A stretch of 64,000 bases of DNA from a virus: positions 1 to 64,000 of the IMG/VR virus record IMGVR_UViG_3300046786_000686; one strand, 5' to 3'. Below, one piece after another: positions 8,595-17,559 of this stretch; the stretch's first letter is position 1, and every line of letters starts with the position of its first letter. Both the position numbers and the translations under genes were made by a program. Under the pieces are notes generated by a model, which was given only the letters and a program-made list of their open reading frames with translations, had not been told where the DNA came from and made no database searches.

Positions 8595-9136
8595 TTAAGT
8601 TAAAGAACCTACTACCAGAATCGTTTGGTGACGATTTCAAAAAGAAGAACCACTGGATCCAATTACCAAAGGATGCAGTTAAAAAGTATGCTGATGAGAT
8701 TGTCGATCTTATTGTAAATGCATATTCCGCTAAGGGTGGAAACTTTGAATTGCAGAGTGTGGATGACATCAAAAAGTCGGATTTAGACTTCTGGGTTGCA
8801 AATGATGTCGATGCGGATCCTGAGATGGATACTGTATTGGCTGGTAAACATACTCCAGCTGGAACTAAGATGACTGTTATCGGTCAAGATGGTGGTTCCG
8901 CAGCGAAAAGATCCGGTATTATTCAAATGGTTCAGTTTATGAAGCTTCGTGGTTTCTATGCTGAATTGGATAAAGAATTAGCTGCCAAACTCAACATGCC
9001 CTACATAAAAGATGAAGAGGAGATCCGCAAAGTATTGAATAAAGATATTAAAATGAATCCTGATGGCAGCTATGACCGAAAGCTGACTGCTGGTCCAGTA
9101 AAGACCAAAGTCCTAGTAGGTATGCCTAAGGTATAA
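8591..9136 (+). CDS. Hypothetical protein (MIKLKNLLPE leader)
   Basis: ATGA overlap with the upstream gene. Confidence 0.7.
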   Translation: MIKLKNLLPESFGDDFKKKNHWIQLPKDAVKKYADEIVDLIVNAYSAKGGNFELQSVDDIKKSDLDFWVANDVDADPEMDTVLAGKHTPAGTKMTVIGQDGGSAAKRSGIIQMVQFMKLRGFYAELDKELAAKLNMPYIKDEEEIRKVLNKDIKMNPDGSYDRKLTAGPVKTKVLVGMPKV

Positions 9137-9140
9137 AGAA

Positions 9141-9213
9141 ACGGCTTAGGACCGTATGGCTTCGGCTATTAAACCACTTCAAGTGTCGCTACCTGGAGTG
9201 GTTTCTTTGTTTT
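9141..9213 (+). terminator. Three-hairpin intergenic element ending in a terminator-like stem
   Basis: ACGG/CCGT, ATGGC-TTCG-GCTAT, AAACCACTTCA..TGGAGTGGTTT then a T-rich tract. Confidence 0.6.
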
Positions 9214-9242
9214 CCGCCTATTTATATTCAAAAGGCCTATAC

Positions 9243-9878
9243 ATGAAAAAAAGACTAAAAGAGGGTGCAATGTCTGAGTTGAACCTCGCTGCACAAGAAT
9301 CTCCTACATTTGAAGCGTTTTTGGAACGAGTAAAACAAGACTTTCCAGCTATTGCTGCTGATGTTAATAGTCCTAATGTAAAGGAATTTCTCAAGAACAT
9401 TTACGAAGATGCTCAAAATATGAAAGAGTCTAAACTAGATATCAGAAAGATTATCCGCGAAGAGATTGCTAAAGCTCTTGGTGAAGCAGTTAATCCTGAG
9501 TTAGATAATGCTGTTAAGCGTTTTGTTGCGGGACTAGCTACCAAATATGGCTACTCTGATCGCGATGCTGTTATGGCTATTTTTGAAGGATTAAAGCGTT
9601 TACAGCTATTAGATAAGAATGTAAACTACAAAGGACCTGGAATGGCTGAGGCTGCTGAAAGTGCTTTTGAAGATGAGTTCGCTTTAGATAATAGTAAGGG
9701 TGGTACAGACAACTCTATGAATAAAATTCACAGACAGTTGTTGAAGCTACAAACGCAGATGAATGAGTTGATGGTGTTGTGGAAAGATGGTAAAATGGAT
9801 CTTAAAACATACGTTGCAAAGCGTAAGCCATTACAAGATTTACGTAACAAATTAGAAGCAAGCCTAGTAGCAATCTAA
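9243..9878 (+). CDS. Hypothetical multi-segment protein (start revised to ATG 9243)
   Basis: TATTTAT at 9219-9225 lies within the track ORF; internal IRKIIREEI..LGEAVNP motif. Confidence 0.7.
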   Translation: MKKRLKEGAMSELNLAAQESPTFEAFLERVKQDFPAIAADVNSPNVKEFLKNIYEDAQNMKESKLDIRKIIREEIAKALGEAVNPELDNAVKRFVAGLATKYGYSDRDAVMAIFEGLKRLQLLDKNVNYKGPGMAEAAESAFEDEFALDNSKGGTDNSMNKIHRQLLKLQTQMNELMVLWKDGKMDLKTYVAKRKPLQDLRNKLEASLVAI

Positions 9879-10666
9879 TGGAAGTAAGAGGATACCTACA
9901 CCCAGAAGCATGCTTTGCTACAATAGCAGAGTGGGAAGCTATTGCAAAAGAGTTTCTTGCGATTCAGAAGAGGGGTAAGGATACTCGTGGTGGAGTTATT
10001 GATCAAGATCCTAAGTTAGCTGAGCTGATCATGAAGTGGTTTAGCTTTCAGCTTTACACAGAAACACAACGTTGGGACTTGTTAACTCAACGCAATGTTT
10101 TAGACTTCATCGAAGACTTCGTTAACCATCGTGTTTGGGGATTGCGTAGAGAATATGAGACCTACTTCTTTAATGATGGTAATGACCAATCTTACGTTGA
10201 TACCGTTAAGATAGCGTACTTCTATTCACGAGGTGATATGGAACCTTATGTGTTATTAGATGATGCTTTTGTAACAGCTGTCTATGGTGACACACACCAG
10301 AAAGTGACAACATTACACTGGACTGATGAGCAGGGATTAATTAATCTACAGGATTCCATCAACCAAAACCACACATATGCAATCAGTACTTTCACCAAGC
10401 AATGGAAGCCTTTCTTCAGAAAAGAGAGCAATATTCTATTGAAGTTAGAAGGTGATTTACGTGGAGCATTCAAGAGTGACGTTAAGAGCTACGCTACCGA
10501 CAGAGGTAATAGAGCTGTTAATATGTACCGACTAGCTTACCCAGGTGAGCAATGTAATATGTGTCTTAATGCAGAAGATTGTACCGGTGGTGCAACTGGA
10601 TTATGGAATGAAGTTATCGTAAAACCAACCCAACTAATTTCATTTAAGAGGGTACAAAGATACTAA
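9878..10666 (+). CDS. Hypothetical protein, weak ADP-ribosyltransferase-like C-terminal pattern
   Basis: 262 aa ORF; LHWT / ISTF / WNEVIV spacing. Confidence 0.55.
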   Translation: MEVRGYLHPEACFATIAEWEAIAKEFLAIQKRGKDTRGGVIDQDPKLAELIMKWFSFQLYTETQRWDLLTQRNVLDFIEDFVNHRVWGLRREYETYFFNDGNDQSYVDTVKIAYFYSRGDMEPYVLLDDAFVTAVYGDTHQKVTTLHWTDEQGLINLQDSINQNHTYAISTFTKQWKPFFRKESNILLKLEGDLRGAFKSDVKSYATDRGNRAVNMYRLAYPGEQCNMCLNAEDCTGGATGLWNEVIVKPTQLISFKRVQRY

Positions 10667-10669
10667 GTT

Positions 10670-10852
10670 ATGAGCGTTTCGAATGAGAAGATGGTAGAAG
10701 AAATGATGTGGATAGCTTTTACCGAAGACAAGGCTACTGAGTTAGTTGAACTAGCTGGTCGTTATATGTCCCACGACGGTATTCCTAGACACGACGCTTA
10801 TCACAAAGCATTTTTTGAGTTAGAACTAACAATTAAAGAACAATACCTATGA
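10670..10852 (+). CDS. Hypothetical protein
   Basis: Small ORF coupled to the next gene. Confidence 0.55.
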   Translation: MSVSNEKMVEEMMWIAFTEDKATELVELAGRYMSHDGIPRHDAYHKAFFELELTIKEQYL

Positions 10853-11460
10853 GCCTAAAAAGCCTACAAACTAAGATCGGTGTCACTGCAGATGGTGCAT
10901 TTGGTCCTGGAACTATGAAAGCTGCAATGGCTTTCTACAAACTAACACCAATTCGTGCTGCACACTTCTTTGCACAGACTGCTCATGAGACGGGTGAATA
11001 TAAATTATTTAGTGAAAACCTAAACTACTCTGCACAAGGTTTGCAGGGTACTTTTGGCAAATACTTTCCTGGAAATTTAGAAGAGTCTTATGCGCGGCAA
11101 CCAGAAAAAATTGCCAACCGAGTATATGCTGACCGAATGGGTAATGGTAGTGAAGCATCAGGTGATGGTTGGAAATTTCGTGGCCGAGGTGCATTGCAAC
11201 TCACAGGAAAATCGAATTACGAAGCATTCTCAAAATACCTCAATAAGCCTGAGATTATGACTAATCCAGACTTAGTTGCTACTGAGTATGCTTTTGAGTC
11301 TGCAATGTTCTTCTTTGATAAGAATAAGTTGTGGACGATTTGTGATCAGGGAATTAATGATGCTACCATTACAGCTCTCACAAAGAGAATTAACGGTGGT
11401 ACTTTGGGACTTGATCATAGAAAAGCATTGACAATAAAATACTACGGATTCGTTAAATAA
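10849..11460 (+). CDS. Glycoside hydrolase family 19 endolysin with a short N-terminal PG-binding-like segment
   Basis: AHFFAQTAHET, ENLNYS, GDGWKFRGRGALQLTGKSNY, TKRINGG; N-terminal LQ..IGVTADGAFGPGT. Confidence 0.92.
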   Translation: MSLKSLQTKIGVTADGAFGPGTMKAAMAFYKLTPIRAAHFFAQTAHETGEYKLFSENLNYSAQGLQGTFGKYFPGNLEESYARQPEKIANRVYADRMGNGSEASGDGWKFRGRGALQLTGKSNYEAFSKYLNKPEIMTNPDLVATEYAFESAMFFFDKNKLWTICDQGINDATITALTKRINGGTLGLDHRKALTIKYYGFVK

Positions 11461-11465
11461 CGACT

Positions 11466-12908
11466 ATGGCAAATAGCACAGAATTAAAAGCAAAATACAT
11501 TGAGATAGCGAAGGAGATTACTAACGTAGTCAACAAGCTTTATCCTACTTTCAAAACTCTCAAAGATAAGGAAGATAGTGGTAAGGATCTTGAACCCTTT
11601 GAAAAAAAGCAATTAACCAACCTCAGAGAAACACTGAATAAGGTTATTGATCCTGCAGTAGGTGGTGTAGGGGATGATGTTGCAAATAATGTCAAAGTTG
11701 CTCTTGGAGCTACCGTATTAGCAAGAGTAAACACCATTGTTGCTGATAGTATTAACTCTGTTGAGTTATTTCACTATACACCCAACAAACCTTCTAACGA
11801 GCTTGTGGTAGTGCAAAACGGAACACTAAACAAAAACACAAACCAAATAGTTGGTGCTAATACAAAGGTAAGCAACTTGCCTGATGACTTGCTTGGCTAC
11901 ACCAATAAGCCAACTGTAAGTATCTTAGGTAAGTTGGGTACAGACCTTCCTGATTATACTGGTGGAATGAGCGTAATAACCTCACCAGAAGCTTTCGGTG
12001 AATTAGCCGGTCAACCTATGACCTATGAGTTATCATTTAACTTTAAGCTAGATAGATTCCCAACGCGTACATGGTTTGATAAGCATAAGAATAAGGTGCG
12101 CACAAGTACAACACGCCGTACCGAGATCATAAATTTCAATTACCTCAAGCCAGACCCAGAATGGTTTAAGAAACAAGGATACAAGGATGCTAAGTCATTA
12201 CACGCCAATATATCTATTGGTGCAGTTGCCCCTTTCTCAAACTATGTGCAGAGTATTATGCAGGATGACAAGGAGATAAGATTAACAAGACAACCATATA
12301 GAGGTAAGACTGATTTCTTCAGTTTAGCTGTGGCCTTACCTACAAGATATAAATTCAGAAGCTACTACACAGACTACAAATTCCAACTAGGAATTGCGTA
12401 CAACGTGAAGATAGTATTGCAGCTTGATCCACCCAAAAGTGCCTATGATTACGCAGGAACCTTATCCGTTTATGTTAATGGTCTTTTGGAATCAACAGCT
12501 GTTTGTGATGGTAAAATATGGTCTAAGAGAGTTGGTTCCCAGAGAAGAGGTAATACTGGTAACAACACCGGTACTGTACAAGGTGTTATTGCATCAGCTC
12601 CTGGCTTCTTACCCAGCGATCAGGATCCAAACCACGTTATGCAGATGGTGAATAGCCAAAAAACTCAACACGTAGATGTATCTGGTATAGACATCAGATC
12701 CTTGGTTGGTGTGGTAACAGCTCCATTCTTAACAAGCAATGCTCGTGGAATTGATTATCAAAATAGAGCTGGAATACTTGGTGGATATAAAACTGATAGC
12801 TACGCAGCGTTCAATCTTACTTGGGGTCCCCACAAGCAACACATGAACACAGGAATCAGCTATGGTGAGATGTCTGTAGTGGTATCCAACACACAACCCA
12901 TTCAGTAA
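11466..12908 (+). CDS. Hypothetical protein with a possible beta-sandwich (ConA/LamG-like) region
   Basis: 480 aa; TYELSFNFKLD and LSVYVNGLLE segments. Confidence 0.55.
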   Translation: MANSTELKAKYIEIAKEITNVVNKLYPTFKTLKDKEDSGKDLEPFEKKQLTNLRETLNKVIDPAVGGVGDDVANNVKVALGATVLARVNTIVADSINSVELFHYTPNKPSNELVVVQNGTLNKNTNQIVGANTKVSNLPDDLLGYTNKPTVSILGKLGTDLPDYTGGMSVITSPEAFGELAGQPMTYELSFNFKLDRFPTRTWFDKHKNKVRTSTTRRTEIINFNYLKPDPEWFKKQGYKDAKSLHANISIGAVAPFSNYVQSIMQDDKEIRLTRQPYRGKTDFFSLAVALPTRYKFRSYYTDYKFQLGIAYNVKIVLQLDPPKSAYDYAGTLSVYVNGLLESTAVCDGKIWSKRVGSQRRGNTGNNTGTVQGVIASAPGFLPSDQDPNHVMQMVNSQKTQHVDVSGIDIRSLVGVVTAPFLTSNARGIDYQNRAGILGGYKTDSYAAFNLTWGPHKQHMNTGISYGEMSVVVSNTQPIQ

Positions 12909-12940
12909 TTGGTTTTTTCAAAATCGTCATATTTATAGGA

Positions 12941-13038
12941 AAGCGATTGCATAGCAATCAAAGGTATTTGGCGTATTTTATGCCATATCACCCCCGAACT
13001 AGGGGCGCGACGGTGTCCCCTAGTTAGTCGGGTTTTTT
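12941..13038 (+). ncRNA. Candidate ~100 nt small RNA or attenuator
   Basis: TATTTAT at 12930-12936, then three hairpins (GATTGC/GCAATC; TGGCGT/ATGCCA; long CCCGAACTAGGGG..CCCCTAGTTAGTCGGG) and T6. Confidence 0.45.
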
Positions 13039-13059
13039 AATTTACAACACAACACAATC

Positions 13060-13650
13060 ATGTATACAAGGGAGCAAATAGAATCGGCTGTCAAATCAAA
13101 GGGATATGTTTGGTTTGAAGGTGCTAAGGACTTTGACGTTAATATCGTTGGAGTAAGAAACTCAGCAACCGGTCAAGATGTTACTAACGTGTTTGATGAT
13201 ACAATGACGATCTCCTATAAAGAGAATGGTGAATGGAAACTTCACCAATGGGCATGCACAACAGATCCAGGCAAGAAGGGGGTTAAGGAATATCATAATG
13301 CCGCTGGTGTAGCTCGTTTAGTAGAAGGTCAATACAGAAGTTCTCACACCTTAGGATTGCATCAAGGTAAATATGAAGCTCTTAAACAAGCAAAACCAGT
13401 TAAAGTTTATCGTGATGCAAATCGTGATATGGTTTATGATGAGAGTAAGATTCAAGAGGGTGTTTTTGGTATCAATATTCATAAAGCTGGTGCAGATTCT
13501 ACTTATGTGGAAAATTGGTCAGAGGGATGTCAAGTGTTTAAGCGTGCAAAGGACTTTGATGAGTTTATGGCTATTTGTAGAAAGGCTGCTGCAATTCACG
13601 GAAAATCATTCACATACACATTAATAGAATCTAATGATATCGCTGCTTAA
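13060..13650 (+). CDS. L,D-transpeptidase (YkuD)-like peptidoglycan enzyme
   Basis: GINIH-x12-SEGCQV resembles the His..S-x-G-Cys catalytic motif. Confidence 0.65.
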   Translation: MYTREQIESAVKSKGYVWFEGAKDFDVNIVGVRNSATGQDVTNVFDDTMTISYKENGEWKLHQWACTTDPGKKGVKEYHNAAGVARLVEGQYRSSHTLGLHQGKYEALKQAKPVKVYRDANRDMVYDESKIQEGVFGINIHKAGADSTYVENWSEGCQVFKRAKDFDEFMAICRKAAAIHGKSFTYTLIESNDIAA

Positions 13651-14017
13651 TCTTATATTAAACGAATCGGTAATACTTAAACCAGTTTCTGCTAACGACT
13701 CGGATTTTGGTGAGAGCTATTACAGCAAGTTTGTTAAAGGACCTCACAAGTTCTTTAGTATTATGGCTGGTTCGGATAAGGTTGGTGAAATAGAATATGG
13801 CGATGTAGATGATAATACTTTCGAGATTATATCTATCCACTTAGATAAACAATTTCGCGGTAAAGGTTACGGTCAGATGGCATTCGCTGAGTTGATCAAG
13901 GCTCTTAAAAAGAATACAATCATACTTAAAGCGGCACCATCTAGTCGCAAGTTTTGGAAAAAGCTTGGCTTTGAGCCAATGCCTGGAGTTTCGAGTTACT
14001 TCACTAAAACTGTTTAA
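13634..14017 (+). CDS. GNAT family acetyltransferase
   Basis: QFRGKGYG acetyl-CoA motif A; FWKKLGF. Confidence 0.85.
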   Translation: MISLLNLILNESVILKPVSANDSDFGESYYSKFVKGPHKFFSIMAGSDKVGEIEYGDVDDNTFEIISIHLDKQFRGKGYGQMAFAELIKALKKNTIILKAAPSSRKFWKKLGFEPMPGVSSYFTKTV

Positions 14018-14019
14018 TT

Positions 14020-14289
14020 ATGAAAAACTTCTTTAGATCGTTATTTGACGACAACAACACAATCAACGAAAAATCAGTAGTTGGTTTTATCGCCTTCTTT
14101 TTGCTTTGTATCGCTTTTGGCGTAGATATTGTGACTGGATGGTTAGGACGTGAGTTTGTTGTAAACGAACTCGTGTTTAACGGATTTATGGTTCTTGTAC
14201 TAGGTTCCTTTGGAATCGCTTCCATCGACAAGTGGATCAACAAAAAGCATAGTAACACAAACGACGATTCGGATAATACAGCTGAATAA
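14020..14289 (+). CDS. Small two-TM membrane protein (holin-like)
   Basis: Two hydrophobic helices, charged C-terminal tail, near PG enzymes. Confidence 0.5.
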   Translation: MKNFFRSLFDDNNTINEKSVVGFIAFFLLCIAFGVDIVTGWLGREFVVNELVFNGFMVLVLGSFGIASIDKWINKKHSNTNDDSDNTAE

Positions 14290-14315
14290 TAGAAACGTGT
14301 TAATAAATAATTGAA

Positions 14316-14352
14316 AGGGTGTTGTTTTTACAACATCCTTTTTGTATATTTA
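14316..14352 (+). promoter_or_regulatory. Terminator hairpin overlapping a Bacteroidota-type promoter
   Basis: AGGGTGTTGT-TTTT-ACAACATCCT + TTTT; GTTG at 14321 and TATATTTA at 14345-14352. Confidence 0.55.
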
Positions 14353-14356
14353 GGTT

Positions 14357-14812
14357 ATGAGTTTGACCCCAAAGGAATATACAAAACGCGTTCGAGAACA
14401 GCTTAAGCTGACAAATACTAGAGTGCGTAAGTGGATGGATTGGTGTGATGAAGATATCTATGAAGCGTTTTCTGAAACGCGTCAGGTTATTATTCCTAAG
14501 CCTATTGACGATTGGAGCTTTCTCGTAGCTTTGCATGAAATAGGCCACATAAGCACTGGTGAAAGACAGTATTCCTACCTTCAAGAATATAACGCTGAGA
14601 AATGGGCTATAAAGCGTGCAAAAGAGCATTATGGTATAGAGAATCCAGAATATGTGGAAGATGCTAAAATTTACGTTAAAAACCACCTAATTTCCAACGT
14701 AATGCAGAATAAACTATCAGTTGATAAGATAAAAATCTATGTTTTAGACTGGGTTGGTGAAACACAACAATCCTTACTTAAATTGGTGGAGCAAACATCT
14801 GTTGCAGATTAG
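14357..14812 (+). CDS. Zincin-like metallopeptidase
   Basis: ALHEIGH (HExxH) followed by QEYNAEKWA. Confidence 0.7.
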   Translation: MSLTPKEYTKRVREQLKLTNTRVRKWMDWCDEDIYEAFSETRQVIIPKPIDDWSFLVALHEIGHISTGERQYSYLQEYNAEKWAIKRAKEHYGIENPEYVEDAKIYVKNHLISNVMQNKLSVDKIKIYVLDWVGETQQSLLKLVEQTSVAD

Positions 14813-14835
14813 AATAATCCTTTGTATATTGTTAT

Positions 14836-15345
14836 ATGGCTAAAGTACTAATATCAGAAAAACATATTGATCAAATTGCGCAATCAATCGCAACGAAGCT
14901 TAACTCCTTGTATATGGATAAATCGGAGGAGGTTGTATTAGCTCCCATCCTACAAGGAGCTGTACCATTCTTTCAAAAGATTGCTCAATATCTGGAATTT
15001 GATCCTTACGTAGACTTTATTGGAATGTCCTCGTACAGAGATAGAAACCAGGGTGAGATCCATATGTATAAAATGTTTGATCCAGAGATGGTCAAAGGTC
15101 GTATAGTTTGGTTATTTGATGATCTAGCTGATTCCGGAAACACGTTAAAGTTTCTAAAAGGAATGTTGTTGCAATATGGTGCTGCTGATGTTAAGGTTTG
15201 CGTCTTGTTGAAGAAACAACACTGCACTTTTCCTATCGATCTTGAAGGAATAGAAGTCGGTAACGAGTGGGTTTGGGGTTTTGGAATGGATGCACCTAAT
15301 GGTAGAGGTAGAACCTTAAACGCGGTTTATGTTGAAGAAACTTAA
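14836..15345 (+). CDS. hpt: Hypoxanthine phosphoribosyltransferase
   Basis: ILQGAVPF, SSY, LFDDLADSGNTL PRPP loop, LLKK, WVWGFGMD. Confidence 0.88.
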   Translation: MAKVLISEKHIDQIAQSIATKLNSLYMDKSEEVVLAPILQGAVPFFQKIAQYLEFDPYVDFIGMSSYRDRNQGEIHMYKMFDPEMVKGRIVWLFDDLADSGNTLKFLKGMLLQYGAADVKVCVLLKKQHCTFPIDLEGIEVGNEWVWGFGMDAPNGRGRTLNAVYVEET

Positions 15346-15355
15346 AGAGAAAAAG

Positions 15356-15688
15356 ATGCTGATAATAGCTTCCCTTGTTATATTTTTCATAGCTCAGGCA
15401 ATCGCTTGGTTGCAGATTAATGGTCAATTTGTTTGGCCGTGGATGAAAGATCATAGAGTGCTTGTTAGCTTGTCGGGAGTGCCTATTAGCTATCTACTAA
15501 TGCTTGCCACTGACCTAGCTTACGAAGGTATGGATGGTAAGATATGGCCAGGTCGATTATTAGCCTTTGGTATGGGAATGTTAGTGTTTACCCTATTCAC
15601 TAGCTACTTCCTAGGCGAAGGAATTAACATGAAGGCAGGAATTAGTCTTGTTTTAGCAACCGCGTTACTTATTTTACAGCTGATATGA
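15356..15688 (+). CDS. Four-TM membrane protein (DMT/SMR-like)
   Basis: Four hydrophobic helices; YFLGEGINMK..ISL pattern; ATG 15356 preferred because it avoids overlap with hpt. Confidence 0.55.
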   Translation: MLIIASLVIFFIAQAIAWLQINGQFVWPWMKDHRVLVSLSGVPISYLLMLATDLAYEGMDGKIWPGRLLAFGMGMLVFTLFTSYFLGEGINMKAGISLVLATALLILQLI

Positions 15689-15888
15689 AAGTAGTTTTAT
15701 GGATACATAGAGAGCGTCTTGAGGATCTCCACAAACGCATTGTTGATTGGGTTAATTATGTAGAATCTGGAGAACCTTCACCTCTTCATTTGAGTGTTAG
15801 TCAAGTTGGTCACCATTGGGTTCAGATTATACTTGATTATCATACCTACACTGGGTTGCTTGACAACGAAGCCATAAAAATTATCTAA
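15685..15888 (+). CDS. Hypothetical protein
   Basis: ATGA-coupled small ORF. Confidence 0.55.
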   Translation: MKVVLWIHRERLEDLHKRIVDWVNYVESGEPSPLHLSVSQVGHHWVQIILDYHTYTGLLDNEAIKII

Positions 15889-15936
15889 TAGCTGTTGCCA
15901 TTTTCAGAAAATGGTAGTATATTTATTAGACACTAA

Positions 15937-16279
15937 GGGGCCGAAAGGCTTTCGACAGATAGAAGAAGTTCTTTGAGATGATGCAGGCAGGGTTAGATGG
16001 AAACCCTTAAACACCTATCAAAACAATAAACGCAAACGTAGATTATTCTACGGAGTATTTCGCAGTAGCTGCCTAATCTCCCCCGTATTACTCATGGGAT
16101 TAAAAAGAAGTAAACGAAACGCGTTTTTGTAATTTGTACCTTAAACAAATAGCCTACAGTTTGCAAGTGGGAGTAGCAATACAAACTTGATATTTTGATT
16201 GTTTAGAAAAATAATCTAAGCCTGTGAATGAGTCCTTTGGCTCACTATTTGGACCCGAGTTCGAATCTCGGCGGCTCCA
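15937..16279 (+). ncRNA. ssrA: tmRNA; tag peptide (A)ANVDYSTEYFAVAA at 16032-16076
   Basis: 5' GGGGCCG pairs with 3' CGGCTCC-A (G3:U wobble, tRNA-Ala identity); T arm CCGAG-TTCGAAT-CTCGG; resume GCA after AATAAAC; tag ends AA-stop. Confidence 0.95.
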
Positions 16280-16299
16280 CAAAAAAAATTAATAAAGCT

Positions 16300-16420
16300 G
16301 TTGCCTAAACGAAAAAAAGGTAGTATATTTATTAAACAATCAAGGTCAAACGAGACCAAGATAAAACAAAAAAAAATTACATAAAGATGTTGCCTAATCG
16401 ATAAAAAGGTTGTATCTTTA
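16300..16420 (+). promoter_or_regulatory. Tandem promoters upstream of the large ncRNA
   Basis: GTTGCCTAA..TAGTATATTT (16300-16330) and GTTGCCTAA..TGTATCTTTA (16389-16420). Confidence 0.6.
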
Positions 16421-16431
16421 TAGAAATAAGA

Positions 16432-16460
16432 GTCACGAAAGTGATAACGTTCTTTGAAAA
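16432..16460 (+). promoter_or_regulatory. rrn-like antitermination leader (boxB hairpin + boxA)
   Basis: GTCAC-GAAA-GTGAT hairpin followed by GTTCTTTGAAAA (16449-16460). Confidence 0.55.
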
Positions 16461-16462
16461 TA

Positions 16463-17349
16463 TTATTATCCATCCAATGTGGATTGTCTAAAGCTTCGGC
16501 TAAGGATTGGACACATTGGTAAATGATAGTCGGCCGCCTATGGTCGTTAAATAAACCGGGAAACCGGGATAAAGTGAATTACATTTTGTCAATGTAGTTT
16601 GCGGCTTCGCAAGGAGCTCGAGTAGGCAAGTAGGATATCATTAGACCTTGAGTACCGAGGGTAACACTGTAGGGGAACTGGTTTGATGACTAGGTGATGC
16701 AGGTCATTTAGTTGAGCTCGGAAGAGCAATAAGAATAACCTATAGGAATCAATTTTTTGCAAGAAGCATTCTTATCCAAGTTTGTTATTGCGGTTTCCAA
16801 TACAAGAGGGATCTTAAAGCCGAAAGGCAATGTCAGTGTACAAGTGGTGTTGTTACTGCACCGTAGATGAACCCACCAAGGTTTGTTTATGTAGAATTCT
16901 TGAAGTATGGAGGTAGGGATATCTCAGAGAGTAGTTGAGTATTGACTCGTCCAAAAGATGGGTCAGCTTAGTGGTAAGCCACTACTTTCATAATCTGCGA
17001 CTAATACCTTAATTTGCCTTTTTGATACGCAAATATCTAAGAAACAATTAAGCAAAAGCGCTTACCAGCTACCGACGAAAGGTGCCTACCTAGTACTGGG
17101 CTGTCCAGTGCCACTAATGATCGCAAGTCAACAGTGATTCGTCCGAAAGGTTTGTAGTCCCGCAAGGATTAATCAGCTCGGCAGAGTTGAACAGAATAAG
17201 TAAGATGAGAGTAGTCGAAACAAGTAGCTTAAAGAGTGGTGTACTCAAATCACCGGCATTGATGGGATACTTCTCAAAAGGAAGTGGACAAGAAGGGAAC
17301 CAATAATCCAACTAAAGATCCATCACTTAAACGTATAGTCTCAGCGTTT
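16463..17349 (+). ncRNA. Large structured ncRNA, GOLLD-like candidate (~890 nt; ends approximate)
   Basis: No + strand ORF of 60 aa or more; many stems capped by GNRA/UUCG loops (AGC-TTCG-GCT, CCGG-GAAA-CCGG, CTTC-GCAA-GGAG, GCTC-GGAA-GAGC, GCC-GAAA-GGC); CCAATGTG/CACATTGG helix; directly followed by a tRNA. Confidence 0.7.
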
Positions 17350-17363
17350 CTTTTTAACTAGAT

Positions 17364-17435
<72 letters not shown>

Positions 17436-17483
17436 CAAAAAACTTTCTTTTCTGCTATGATTTTCATAGCTTGTGTGTGTGCG

Positions 17484-17516
17484 AAGGGCTGGTGTTTTCA
17501 CCGGCCTTTCCTTTTT
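17484..17516 (+). terminator. Rho-independent terminator closing the RNA operon
   Basis: AAGGGCTGGTG-TTTT-CACCGGCCTTT followed by CCTTTTT. Confidence 0.75.
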
Positions 17517-17559
17517 AGAAACTATTTATAGATAGTAACAACACATAACAACACTATCT

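Noticed and set aside
16216-17311. ORFs 16216-16473 and 17114-17311 on the minus strand
   Set aside because: Antisense to tmRNA, the promoters and the structured RNA; no recognisable protein features
16463-17349. rRNA fragment, RNase P RNA or self-splicing intron as the identity of the large RNA
   Set aside because: No universal rRNA sequences, no GAGGAAAGUCC RNase P motif, no interrupted host gene or intron-encoded ORF seen; a covariance search is still needed
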